This document shows positions 37,001 to 47,835 of a stretch of 64,000 nt of DNA, piece after piece. Below the pieces are notes generated by a model, which was not told the origin of the DNA, made no database searches, and saw nothing but the letters and a program-made list of their open reading frames with translations. The DNA is from Raja brachyura (lineage: Eukaryota), in contig OY740804.1 of assembly GCA_963514005.1 (NCBI GenBank), positions 5,270,001-5,334,000 of the forward strand. The letters run 5' to 3'. The first letter of the stretch is position 1. Each line of letters starts with the position of its first letter. A program made the position numbers and the translations under genes.

Positions 37001-37896
37001 TGAAACCATTCTGTATTATTTCTCTTTTCAAATTCTGAACAGGATACATCTCTTCCTTACATGTGTTGAACTGTAGAGTCTGATTTACAGAACCAGACAG
37101 AGTGCTGGAGTAGCTCAGCCGGTCAGGCAGCATTTCTGGAGAACATGGATCGGTGACATTTTAGGTCGGGACCTGTGAGTCTGAAGCAGGGTCCTGACCG
37201 ATTCATATTCTCCAGAGATGCTGCCTGACCCGCTGAGTTAATCCAGCACTTTGTGTCCTTTTCTTTAACAAATTACAACGCAACACTGCCCTTTGATTCG
37301 GTTTCCCTCTCTACGTTTGCTGCCCGACCTGTTGAGCATTTCCTCCAGTTAGTTTATTTAGAGATACACCGCGGAAACAGGCCCTTTGGCCCACCGAGCC
37401 CATGCTGACCAGCGATTCCTGCACATTAACACGGCCCTACACACAATGGGGACAATTTTACATTTATACCAAACCAATTAACATACAAACCTGTACGTCT
37501 TTGGAGTGTGGGAGGAAACCGAAGATCTCGGAGAAAATCCACGCGGCTCACCGGGAGAACGTACAAACTCCATACAGACAGCGCCCGTAGTCGGGATTGA
37601 ACCTGGGTCTCTGGCGCTGTGAGGCAGCAACTCTACCGCTGCGCCACCCTTATTCTCAGATTTCCACAGTATTTTGCTTTTGTCCTTAAACATCTAACGG
37701 ACTTTTTTTGTTTCAGTCTGAAGGTGAAACTGAAGATACGGTTGCATATTCCACCGTGACCATTCAGTCGTCAGAACAGACCGTAGCAAGCCCTGCAATT
37801 TATTCCAATCTTAAGGATCTAAAGGAGCAAAATGAAGACGTCAAGATCCATTCGTCAGAATCGGTGGAATATTCTGCTCTGGTGTTCCGATCTTAG
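28061..37896 (+). CDS. Gene 2: two-IgV CD300/pIgR-like (MDIR-type) inhibitory receptor, about 345 aa; join(28061..28097,28990..29301,30796..31110,31808..31847,32608..32723,36945..36982,37717..37896)
   Basis: Seven GT-AG exons with intron phases 1,1,1,2,1,0 total 1038 nt open. They encode leader MFYILLFLTVTS, two IgV domains with the family C-C' cysteine pair, a short stalk, an uncharged TM and a tail with VAYSTV, AIYSNL and VEYSAL. Confidence 0.88.
28990..29301 (+). CDS. Gene 2 exon 2, IgV domain 1
   Basis: caacag acceptor; GETVTIEC...SWCKAYSRVGC...LQKNDTGTYWCG; donor CAG/gtaaga. Confidence 0.92.
29610..30045 (-). mobile_element. CR1 3' fragment
   Basis: ORF 29681..30031 (YTLEFRRMRGYLIE...SLWNSLPQ) plus tail. 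Confidence 0.8.
30045..30405 (-). mobile_element. Penelope-like element 3' fragment (GIY-YIG C-terminus)
   Basis: NHFKSPSHSHIDLSVLGLLH...KLEEQHFIF...QPSGMNVEFSHFK. Confidence 0.85.
30796..31110 (+). CDS. Gene 2 exon 3, IgV domain 2 (NAGNAG acceptor; start 30796 or 30799)
   Basis: tacagcag acceptor; TTIHCRY...KFLCKVVSVNSC...DVGEYWCG; donor AAG/gtataa. Confidence 0.92.
31808..31847 (+). CDS. Gene 2 exon 4, short stalk (TLTKPEVPSNKA)
   Basis: ctcag acceptor and AG/gtaaga donor; phase 1 to 2, as in the gene 1 stalk exon. Confidence 0.8.
32608..32723 (+). CDS. Gene 2 exon 5, transmembrane (GTPQIWHIILPLVLGLLIVILIVLLVKKRKQSETIPQK)
   Basis: aag acceptor at 32607 (phase 2), hydrophobic helix plus KKRK, donor T/gtaagt; 116 nt, the same length as the gene 1 TM exon. 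Confidence 0.88.
33304..34915 (-). mobile_element. CR1/HER1-type LINE fragment with internal deletions
   Basis: Minus-strand ORF fragments 33516-34923 and a (CTATTGT)n tail. Confidence 0.88.
35235..35945 (+). mobile_element. Penelope-like element 3' fragment (GIY-YIG endonuclease C-terminus and 3' region), interrupted by a CR1 piece
   Basis: IGETKHRLGDRSAEHLRSV...KLEEQHLIFRLGSLQPSGMHIDFSNFK*. Confidence 0.85.
36945..36982 (+). CDS. Gene 2 exon 6, short cytoplasmic exon (YSKNSETPTTAK)
   Basis: tttttgcag acceptor, AAG/gtaaga donor, phase 1 to 0. Confidence 0.82.
37717..37896 (+). CDS. Gene 2 exon 7, ITIM-bearing tail
   Basis: tttttttgtttcag acceptor, phase 0; SEGETEDTVAYSTV...AIYSNL...VEYSALVFRS*. 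Confidence 0.9.
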   Translation, partial: SEGETEDTVAYSTVTIQSSEQTVASPAIYSNLKDLKEQNEDVKIHSSESVEYSALVFRS

Positions 37897-39306
37897 TGTA
37901 ATTGCTCCAGCTTCCATGAACATCCCAAGTTAACGCCATTCTCGTAAACATTTCCATTTGCAACATGGAAACGGGCCCTTTGACCCATCGAGTCCACGTC
38001 AGCCACCGATCACCCATTCACATTTCAACATAATTCTTAAGAAATTACTTACAAGCAAAAATAAGTGTGTCCAAGATCTAGAGATCACTGAAGTTTGCCT
38101 GGATTGTAATCTTTGCTTGGCTTTCTAGTTTTAGATATAGTGTGGAAACAGGTCCTTCAGCCCACCAGATCCACACCGAGCATGGATCATCTTTGGACAC
38201 TTGTTCTATGCCACACACTCGGGATAATTTTTACACAGAAGCCAAACCCGCACGTCTTTGGAGTGTGGGAGGAAACCGGAGCACCCGGAGGAAACCCACA
38301 TGAAAACAACAATGCAACATAACAAAATCATGAAAAAATAATTGTCTGATTGATAACTCACTTCCTGCTTTAAATCTCAGGCATAACTTTGACAAACAAG
38401 AGTATTTACCAAAACAGAAAGTGTTTTTTTTAATATATTATAGCATACAGCGATATAACTCGTGGCTCTAAAATTCTGGAGAAAAGAAGATACAAAGAAA
38501 ATAATGACGACTGCTGTGTGTGACATAGGGAGAACATGCAAACTCCGTTTAAACAGTACCCACAGTCAGAACCGAACCTGATTGAATGGCGGAGTAGACT
38601 TGATGGGCCGAATGGCTTAATTTTGCTCCGAGAACTTATGAACTATTCTACTTGAGGGAAAATGAGAAAGGAAACAACGTTTTTCCCCACTGTATCTCAG
38701 TACACGTGAGCATAAACCAAGACATCTACTCTACGCTTGACTCATGCACACTATTGCAGTACTCCTGGTCTACAGGAAAGGCTTAGAAATAATCCTTCCG
38801 CGTTTTCCTCTCATGCAAGAATGGCAGCCAAGCACACGCTTGGTCATCCCTATTTGTCACATGGTCTGACACCATAATATAATATCAGGGGCAGCAGGAA
38901 GGAATCAAAGTTCAATCACATGACTAAACAAGACAGATTTCCACAAGGATCCAAGTGATCTCTGCAATACAAAAGGTTGTAATTAAGAGGTATGGAGAGG
39001 CTACAAATGTCGTCTATATCCAGCTTGACGATAATCCGCTTTGAGCAGACAAAACAGAATGCTCACGTCTCAAGAGTGCGAGAATCCTAGAGAACAGAAA
39101 CAGGCCTTTCAACCCAACTTGCCCATGATGTCCCATCAAAGCTGGTTCAATTTGCTTGTGTTTGGCCCATTTCCCTCTAAACCTGCCCTGTCCATGTACC
39201 TGTCCAAGTGTCTTTTAAATGCACTCGTTAGATGTAACCCACCACCCCTTGAGTGAAAAAGTTGCCACTCTGGTACCATTTAAACATTTCCCCTCTCACC
39301 TTAAAC

Positions 39307-39685
39307 CAGGGGTTCCCAACCTTTTTCGTCCCGTTTACCCCTGGCAACCTTCTTCTTCTTGCGTATGGCGCGCACATCCTAAAGATGTCGGACAACTTGT
39401 TCTATTTGATCTTATTTGATTGTACACGCCAGGTTGATTGCATTGGTTGAAACAGGGCGGACCACGTGAAGGTTGCAATCTTCCACCCTCCTGGCAACTT
39501 TAATAGCACATAACAATGTTATTTCACTTATTTATGAACAACTAATGATGAACACATACCGGTATACCAGAAGAAAACACAGTTAGGCAATGAGAATAAG
39601 TTTGACAAGAATACCGAGAATAAATGCAGAATCAACAAATGTACCCCCTGGGTAGGTGAAATTTACCCCAGGTTGGGAACCCTTG
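39307..39685. mobile_element. hAT (Charlie-like) MITE containing a nested retroposon 3' end (39349-39489)
   Basis: TIR CAGGGGTTCCCAACC; 8-bp TSD CCTTAAAC/CCTTGAAC; nested piece has a minus-strand (GAA)n tail and 9-bp TSD CCTGGCAAC. Confidence 0.8.
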
Positions 39686-40802
39686 CCTTGAACCCATGCC
39701 TGCTGGTTCTTGATTCCTCTACTCTGAGCAAAAGACTCTGTATTCATCCCATCAATTCCGGTTATGATTTTAAACACCTCTATAAAATCATCCCTAAGCC
39801 TCCTGTGTGTTTAATTGTCATATGTACCAGCAAAGCAACAAATAAATTGTTTGAGAACTTAGAAAAAAGACTATTGTGGTGAATGTGCTAATTTTTTTTC
39901 CAACTTACCTTTTTACCAGACCTTGATCGAAAATTAACCAACCTCCTTTCATCCATCATTTCCAATTAACCATCTGAGTTATCTGCTCTTCTGCTGTTAA
40001 TGTTCACTCTGATTCTGCAGAATAGGTGCAGGTGTCAGAGGTTATGGAGAGAAGGCAGGAGAATGGGGTTAGGAGGGAGAGATAGATCAGCCATGATTGA
40101 ATGGCGGAGTAGACTTGATGGGCCGAAAGGCCTAATTCTATTCCTTGCAATTATGACCTTATTAATATATTTAAAAATTGATGTGTCATTTGGTTTGGAA
40201 TTTGGGGAACTTATGAAGTTCCTGAAAAATGTTCTTTAATTTGATTTGAAGAAAGTGGTTGATGGACCACAGGGTCACCAAGTTCCCCATCAAGTCACAC
40301 ATCCGGACTTGAATGATAAATGAGTGGTGGAGTCTGATACAGTTACAGGAAACCTCGTTTTTACAGACCTCTTTATAGAAACATAGAAAATAGGTGAAGT
40401 AGGCCATTCGGCCCTTCAAGCCAGCACCACCATTCAATATGATCATGGCTGATCATCCAGAATCAGTTCCCGTTCCTGCTTTCAACCCATATCCCTTGAT
40501 TCCATTAGCCCAAAGAATATCTAACTCTCTCTTGAATACATCCAGTGAATTGGCCTCCACTGCCTTCTGTGGCAGAGAATTCCACAGATTCACAACTCAC
40601 TGGGTGAAACAGCCTTTCCCAATCTCAGTCCTAAATGGCCTACCTCTTATTCTTAAACTGTGACCCCTGGTTCTGGACTCCCCCAACATGGGGAAACATT
40701 TTTCCTGCATCTAGCCTGTCCAAACCCTTAGGAATTTTATATGTTTGTACGAGATCCCCTCTCTTTATATCGCACCGATTATAGCGGAGAGACCTTTGCT
40801 TG

Positions 40803-41093
40803 GTTTAGGTTAGTTTAGAGATACAGCACGGAAACATGCCCTTCGGCCTACCGAGTCCGCACCGACCAGCGATCCCCGCACACTAACACTATCCTACACA
40901 CACACTAGACACGATTTACATTTATACCAATTAGCCTACAAACTTGTACGTCTTTGGAGTGTGGGAGGAAACCGAAGCGGGTCACGGGGAGAAGGTGTAA
41001 ACTCCGTACAGACAGCACCCCGTAGTCAGGATCGAACCCGGGTCTCTGGCGCTGTAGTTGTGAGGCAGCGACTCTACCGCTGCGCCACCGTGC
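40803..41093 (-). mobile_element. V-SINE (HE1-like)
   Basis: Reverse copy; others near 2365-2668, 5450-5735, 22019-22333, 31920-32205, 37350-37650, 59975-60307. Confidence 0.85.
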
Positions 41094-41565
41094 TTTAATG
41101 TTTTAGCTAAAGAACAGGCGCCTCTGTCAGTGCAATCCTTGCTCAGCCTAAATGTTATTGTTGGGTCTCTACACATGAAATGCCACATCTTACACTCTGT
41201 TGTAGCAGACAATCAGCTATAACGGACACCATTCTCCCCATTGCAACAAAGGTTTACAGTATTATATTTAGACACTTAAATATGCAAAGCACTGACGGAA
41301 ATGGGCCTACTGCAGGCAAACTAGATCAGTGTACAAGGTTTAGCATGGAGGTGACAGGTTGAAGGGCCTCATTTCAGAGTTGTGCAAGTTGTTTCATGTG
41401 TGGCGTCTAGCAGAGATGGGGAAACATTATCCATGCAGTTGGCACATTGACTGGCATAAACCAGTTAATCCCGCGCCAAGATAAATCAGAGAGAAAGCAA
41501 AGGTAACAAATCTGAACTTGTTATTGTTATTTGAGACAGGGCTCTTAAATATAATTGAGGATTTT

Positions 41566-42367
41566 CTTTAAGGATGGCAGGATTGGGATATGACCACGTA
41601 AGTGTGGATACCCTCACTGGAAACCTGCTTCAGTTCAGCTTGTCTTCTGCCCAAACCTCTGCCAGCCACAGTTAATCCCCCAAAGTGGAACCGTTGACAA
41701 TGTGCACGCAACAGGTTGCAAAACAGGATATGGGTCAATGTTCTTTACTCTATGTCACAGTGCTAAGCATTTGTTCATTCGCGAGGAAGTGTGCACACGG
41801 AACAAGTGGTTAAATCAAACAAGAGTAAGTCGTGAACAGGGCAAATTGGCAACCACTTCGTCGGAAAACAAGGACCTCTCTCTCTCTGGAACCACGATAT
41901 TTTACATTCTGCTGTTTCTGACTGTGACTTCAAGTAAGTTTTTCCACTTAAAGCTAAGATGGACAGATTCTTGATTAGTACAGGTGCCAGGGGTTATGGG
42001 GAGAAGGCAGGAGAATGGGGTTAGGAGGGAGAGATAGATCAGCCATGATTGAATGGCGGAGAAGACATGATGGGCCGAACAACCTAATTCTGCCCCATTA
42101 ACATGGTCATGGAACCATAGCACAGTTATATGTTAACACGAAGATCAGCTCTTGTTATTTAAATAAGTGATGATACACTGCTGTTCAGCCAAAGGACCAG
42201 GAGCCTAGAAAGGAACCAATTAACTTTACATTTTAGCAAGAGTTAAAATGAACTGTGAGAAGAGCATGGGATTTAGCAGAGGATTTAAGAGATTTTCGGA
42301 CTGGCACATGCATGTAAGAGAAAAAAGACACAAAATGCTGGAGTTACTCAGCGGGTCAGGCAGCATC
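41566..42367 (+). pseudogene. Duplicate of the gene 2 promoter, leader exon and start of intron 1, with the start codon mutated (ATG>ATA at 41897-41899)
   Basis: Near-identical to 27730..28533; the leader copy 41897..41933 keeps the gtaagt donor; no Ig exon found after it. Confidence 0.85.
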
Positions 42368-43000
42368 CTGTTGTCGGTAAAATCAGTCCCAGTACTTTGA
42401 GAAAGTGTGGCTGATCACATTCCAGTCCATTGATAAATACTCCTTGGCCCTGACTAAAGTCCCTCTGTCCTTAGTACACCCAGTGGCCCTACCATTGTGA
42501 ATGTCTACCCTAATTTGTTGCCAAAAACAAATAACTTCACACTTATCACAGTTCAATACCTGTCGGCATTGCTCTGCCCAACATACCAGTTGCTTCTTAT
42601 CCCTCTGTGGTCTATGATTATCGTACTATCCAAAATGATACAATTTTGGTGTAATCTGTAAACTCGTTAATCATACTTCCAACATTAACATCTAAGGCCG
42701 GCAGATGGGACTAGTGTAGATAAGGGCATCTTGGTCATCGTGGGGAAATTGGGTCAAAGGACATGTTTTCGTGCTCTATGTCTGACCACCAACATGAACA
42801 TCTAAGTTTGTTAATGTATGTGGTCATGGAACACCTCCAAGGAATGGGTGCATGTTGCGATATAAACATCTCACCAATGTCTACGCCACAACCTTGGATC
42901 ACACTGAATTAGTCCGTGTGCAATATGATGAAAATAAATTGTCCAGCGTTGATCTTTGATAATTCTGTGTGGAAGTAATAATATTTCCTTGGATTTCCAG

Positions 43001-43112
43001 GGACATCGTGCTGAATGTTCGCCGTGTTTGGGGTGTGTTACGCTGGGTACTCTTTGGAGTTCTGCTTCTCTTCCCGCTTTCCATCAGCTGTGTGACAACT
43101 TTTAAAAGGTAA
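43001..43112 (+). CDS. Orphan transmembrane exon with intramembrane Arg, activating-receptor type (DIVLNVRRVWGVLRWVLFGVLLLFPLSISCVTTFKR*)
   Basis: ttccttggatttccag acceptor; open phase-2 frame with a hydrophobic helix containing Arg; ends at donor AG/gtaaaa (43108) or TAA at 43110-43112. Functional status unknown. Confidence 0.65.
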
Positions 43113-43196
43113 AAGTTTGCAATCTCTTCACTCTGGTGTTCACATTAAATTCAATTGGAATTTACTTTAGAATTATAGAGATAAAGTGTGGACATA

Positions 43197-45560
43197 CAGT
43201 GCCCTCCATAATGTTTGGGACAAAGACCCTTCATTTATTTATTTGCCTCTGTATTCCACAATTTGAGATTTGCAATAGAAAAAAATCACACTTTATTAAA
43301 GGCCATTTTTATACATTTTGGTTACACCATGTAGACATTACAGCTGTGTTTTTACGTAGCCCCCCCCTCCCCCCCATTTCAGAGCACCATAATGTTTGGG
43401 ACACATGGCTTCACAGGTGTTTGGAATTGCTCAGGTGTGTTTATTTGCCTCCTTAATGCAGGTATAAGAACGCTCTCAGCACCTAGTCTTTCCTCCGGTC
43501 TTTCCATCACCTTTGGAAACTTTTATTGCTGTTTATCAACATGAGGACCAAAGTTGTGCCGATGAAAGTCAAAGAAGCCATTGTGAGACCGAGAAACAAG
43601 AATAAAACTGCCAAACCTTAAGCTTGCCAAAATCAACTGTTTGGAATATCATTAAGAAGAACGAGAGCACTGGTGAGCAGGCACGGAAATAGCTATCAAA
43701 ATATGGAGGGGACAGGGGGGACACAATTTCTTGGCAGCCTCGCGCGTTTGCGCACACTCACACACAGGCGCGAGGCTTCAGAGGCTCAATCCAGCGCTAA
43801 ATGCAGCTCAACTCAGCCTGTCTCGCCGGGTTAACCTGCAGCCCTGCCTGGACTGACGGGACATATTTCCAATAAACCTGGGGCAGATTTCCCGCAAGTC
43901 CGGGCAGGGCTGTAGGTTAACCTGGCGGGACAGGCAATGTTGAGCTGGGTTTAGCGCTGCTTCTCTGCGCTGGCTGTGGGCCTGGGAGTACAGCTCCTGT
44001 CTGACTACCGGTGATCTCAGGCCACCCGTGGGGGGGGGGCACTCGGGTGCGGACTGGACAGAGGCGGAGAGCCGGGATCGATCCTGGCTGTGGACGGGGC
44101 GCAGAACTGTGCCGAGAGTGTTTTGGCACGTCTCACTCCTCCAATCACCGAGCTCAGTCCCACCCCCCCCCCCCCCACTCCCTCTTCCAATTATCGCGCT
44201 GAATGATCATGTCCCATCCCCATCGCTTACTGACCGACGTCTCGCTCATCCAATCAGCACCCTCAATCAGCAGTCCCACCCCCAGTCTAGCGGAAATCGG
44301 AGATTTCACCGAGTTTCAAAATCCAGATTACAAAAACGGGGGGGAGGGGTGAGAATCGTCCCCCACCTCTCAAAACGAGTCCCCCCCTGCCCCCCCCCCC
44401 CCACCCCCCTGGGATTTCCGCCCCTGCTCGTGAGCTTACCAATCGCAAAGGGACTGGCAAGTCAACGAAGACCTCCACAGCTGATAACAGAAGAATTCTC
44501 TCTATAATAGAGAAAAATCCCCAAACACGTATCCGTCAGATCAGAAACACTCTTCAGGTGTGGATTTGTCAATGACCACTGTCCGCAAAAGACTTCATTA
44601 ACAGAACTACAGAGGCTACGCTGCAAGATGCAAACCACTGTTTAGCCACAAAAATTGGATGGCTGGGTTACAGTTTGCCAATAAGTACTTAAAAGAGCAA
44701 CCACAGTTCTGGAAAAAGATCTTGTGATCAGATGAGACGAAGATTAACTTATATCAGAGTAATGGCAAGAGCAAGGTATGGAGAAGGGAAGGAACTACCC
44801 AAGATCCAAAGCATAACACCTCATCTGTGAAACACGATGGTGGGGGTGTTTTGGCCTGGGCATGTATGGCTGCTGAAGGTACTGACTCACTTATCTTCAT
44901 TGATGATACAACTGCTGATGGTGGTGGCATGATGAATTCTGAAGTGTATAGACACATCCTATCTGCTCAAATTCAAATAAATGCCTCAAAACCCTTAGGC
45001 CGACAGTTCATTCTACAGCAAGACAATGATTCCAAACATATTGCAAAGGAATTTTGCAAAGCTAAAAAATGGTCAATTCTTGAGTGGCCAAGTCAATCAC
45101 CCGATCTGAACCCAATTGAACATGCCTTTTATATGCTGAAGAGAAAACTGAAGGGGACTAGCCCTCAAAACAAGCATGAGCTAAAGATGGCTGCAATACA
45201 GGCCTGGCAGAGCATCACCAGAGAAGACACCCAGCAACTGGTGATGTCCATGAATCGCAGACTTCAAGCAGTCATTGCATGTAAAGGATATGCAAGAAAA
45301 TATAAACATGACTACTTTCATTTACATGACTTTGCTGTGTCCCAAACATTATGGTGCCCTAAAATGGGGGGACTATGTATAAACACTGCCGTAATTTCTA
45401 CATGGTGAAACAAAAATGTGTAAAAATGGCCTTTATTAAAATCTAACAATGTGCACTTTAACCACATGTGTTTTCTTTCTATTGCAATTCTCAAATTGTG
45501 GAGTACAGAGGCAAATAAATAAATGATGGTTCTTTGTCCCAAACATTATGGAGGGCGCTG
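43197..45560 (+). mobile_element. Tc1/mariner DNA transposon (IR/DR type), inactive
   Basis: TA TSD (43195-96, 45561-62); ~210-bp TIRs starting CAGTGCCCTCCATAATGTTTGGGAC with internal direct repeats; transposase QQDND...WPSQSPDLNPIE; in-frame TGA at 44725. Confidence 0.95.
43678..44426. mobile_element. hAT-type non-autonomous element inserted in the Tc1 transposase
   Basis: 8-bp TSD CTGGTGAG/CTCGTGAG; TIRs CAGGCACGGAAAT / CAGGGGCGGAAAT. Confidence 0.82.
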
Positions 45561-47397
45561 TAGGCCCTACAGCCGACCAAGTCCGTGCCGACCAATGATC
45601 ACCCCGTACACTCGCACTATGCTACAAATGAGGAACAATTTACAATTATCCAGAGGCCAATTAACCTACAAAACTACACATCTTTGGATTGTGGGAGGAA
45701 ACCGGAGCACCCGGAGAAAACCCACACTGTCACAGGCAGAACATACAAACTCCGTACAGACAGCACCTGTACCCATGATCAAACCCGGGTCTCTGGCGCT
45801 GTAAGGTAGCAACTCTACCGCTGCGCCACTGTGCCGCCCTGGGTCATTTCCTCGGGTAAAATTTGATGGTAGAGATTATAAACTGAGTTTTAATTTTTAT
45901 TCAAGGAAAAAAACAGCCGAGACCTTGGAGATGGGGTCGGCAGTGGTGGAGGAAGGAGAGGAACAGCGCCGGTGAGCTGGCTGGGTGGGGCCTCACCTCG
46001 CATGGAGACGGCCGTGGGAGGCGAGGGGAAAAGGGTGTGTTGGTGGGTCGAGGTGTGGGCGGAGTGCGAGTGGGCTGCTGGAGGCCCTGCAGCAGCCGGT
46101 GGATCGGGTGCCGCTGGAGGCCCCACAGAGGTCGGGGACGAGCGCGCGGACCGGACATGGCCTGCAGCGGCACGGAGGGGCAGTGGTGGAGGCACCGACA
46201 ACATCGCCAGGCCAGGCCGAACCCTGCAACTCCCACCCAGTGCCATCTCCACGACAATAAGCCTTTAAGCATATGATGAATTTCATTGGCCAGTTCATTC
46301 ATACCAATAAAAAGCAACAGATCACTGAAAAACACATTCTAACACGTGATTCGATGCCAAATGGTGATGTGACGAACCTCGAGACGTTTCCATCACCTTT
46401 AAGGCACTGTTGAAATGCAAGTTGTTGCATTTTTGCAAATAATTGCTCAATAAACCTTTAGTCAGAGGGTGATGAATCTGTGGAATTCTTTGCCACAGAG
46501 GCTGTCAGTGGATATTTTTAAGTCAGAGATGGATTGATTCTTAATTAGTACAGGTGTCAGAGGTTATGGGGAGAAGGCAGGAGAATGGGGTTAGTAGATG
46601 AGATGGATCAGCCGTGATTGAATGGCGGAGTAGACTTGATGGGCTGAATGGCCTAATTCTACTCCTATAATGTCAAAATTCAGCCATCTTTTATTACATT
46701 GGATTACATTAATAATTATTCAATTTACACGGCAATTCTATTGGTATTAAAGTTAAACGTTTACATTCTGGAGAGCCAGCTTTGAGTTCTAGTCTACGTA
46801 CTGCTGTCTTTTGGGTAAATGTCAGGATGTACAGAAGTGTCTGCAATCATTGGTGCCTTTTTGAGGCAGCGTCTCCGATAAATAAAAAGTTTGGAGCTGA
46901 GTTCCAGAGGTCACCCCTCACCCTGCCACTATGTCCTACAGTGGTACAGGACAGGCAGCACACCCTCCCCACTGACGATCAAGGAGCCTCTGTGTGGAGA
47001 TAGATGATCAGATCAATCCAGGTCATGTTCATAAGTTATAAGAGCTGAATTGGGACATTCGGCCCATCAGGTCCACTCCGCCATTCAATCAATCATGGCT
47101 GAGCTATCTTTCCCTCTCGACACCATTCTCCTGCCTTCTCCCCATAACCCCTGACACCCATACTAATCAAGAATCTATCAATCTACGCCTTAAAAATATC
47201 CATTGACTTGGCCTCCACATCCTTCAGTCGTAATGATTCACCACCCTCTGACTAAATAAATTCCTTCTCATCTCCTTTCTAAAACACTATTGAATGTATG
47301 TTTCACCTCCGAGAATGTTGGATGGAGTTTTGTAAGGATCATGTATTATATATATTTATTTTTTGAATAAAGTATATTTTAAATTTTTTTTTAAAAA

Positions 47398-47835
47398 CAG
47401 AGTCAGAGAGTTGTGGTTCAAATCCCACTCCTGAAGCCCGAGGACTGAGGGAGTGCGGTACTGAGGGAGTTCGCCACTTCCGAGGCATTTAGCTGATCTG
47501 CTGTCTGCTCGATCTCAAGTCACTGAGAAAGGTCACCTGGAGATAGTTCATGCCAGAATAGTGGAGAGACTCCTTGTTCTGGGGGCAAGAGGTATCCCTA
47601 CAAACCAAGATCAACAAGGCAAGCTGTAGGTAGTTATCACCCTTCTCTACAGGGAGCTAGCTGTGTGCAATTTGGCTGCACACAACACAACAACAATTGG
47701 TGATGGACGTCTCCACTGAAACTATCGAGTGTTGATCAACTTATCATTAGCACCTCACCCTGTGCAGTGAGGCCCGTGGCTAAAAATAATTCAAGGCACT
47801 AAGTAAATAATTCTAAAGAATAGAGCATTTTATAA
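47398..47835 (+). mobile_element. Diverged Deu-domain SINE-like unit (SacSINE1/AmnSINE-like)
   Basis: B-box-like GGTTCAAATCCCAC, ACTGAGGGAG repeats, core GGGAGCTAGCTGTGTGCAATTTGGCTGC; inverted homologs at about 571-790 and 1180-1491. Confidence 0.55.

Noticed and set aside
45840-46405. Cluster of overlapping GC-rich ORFs
   Set aside because: Low-complexity GC-rich sequence open in many frames with no domain; probably a non-autonomous DNA element remnant whose ends I could not define.
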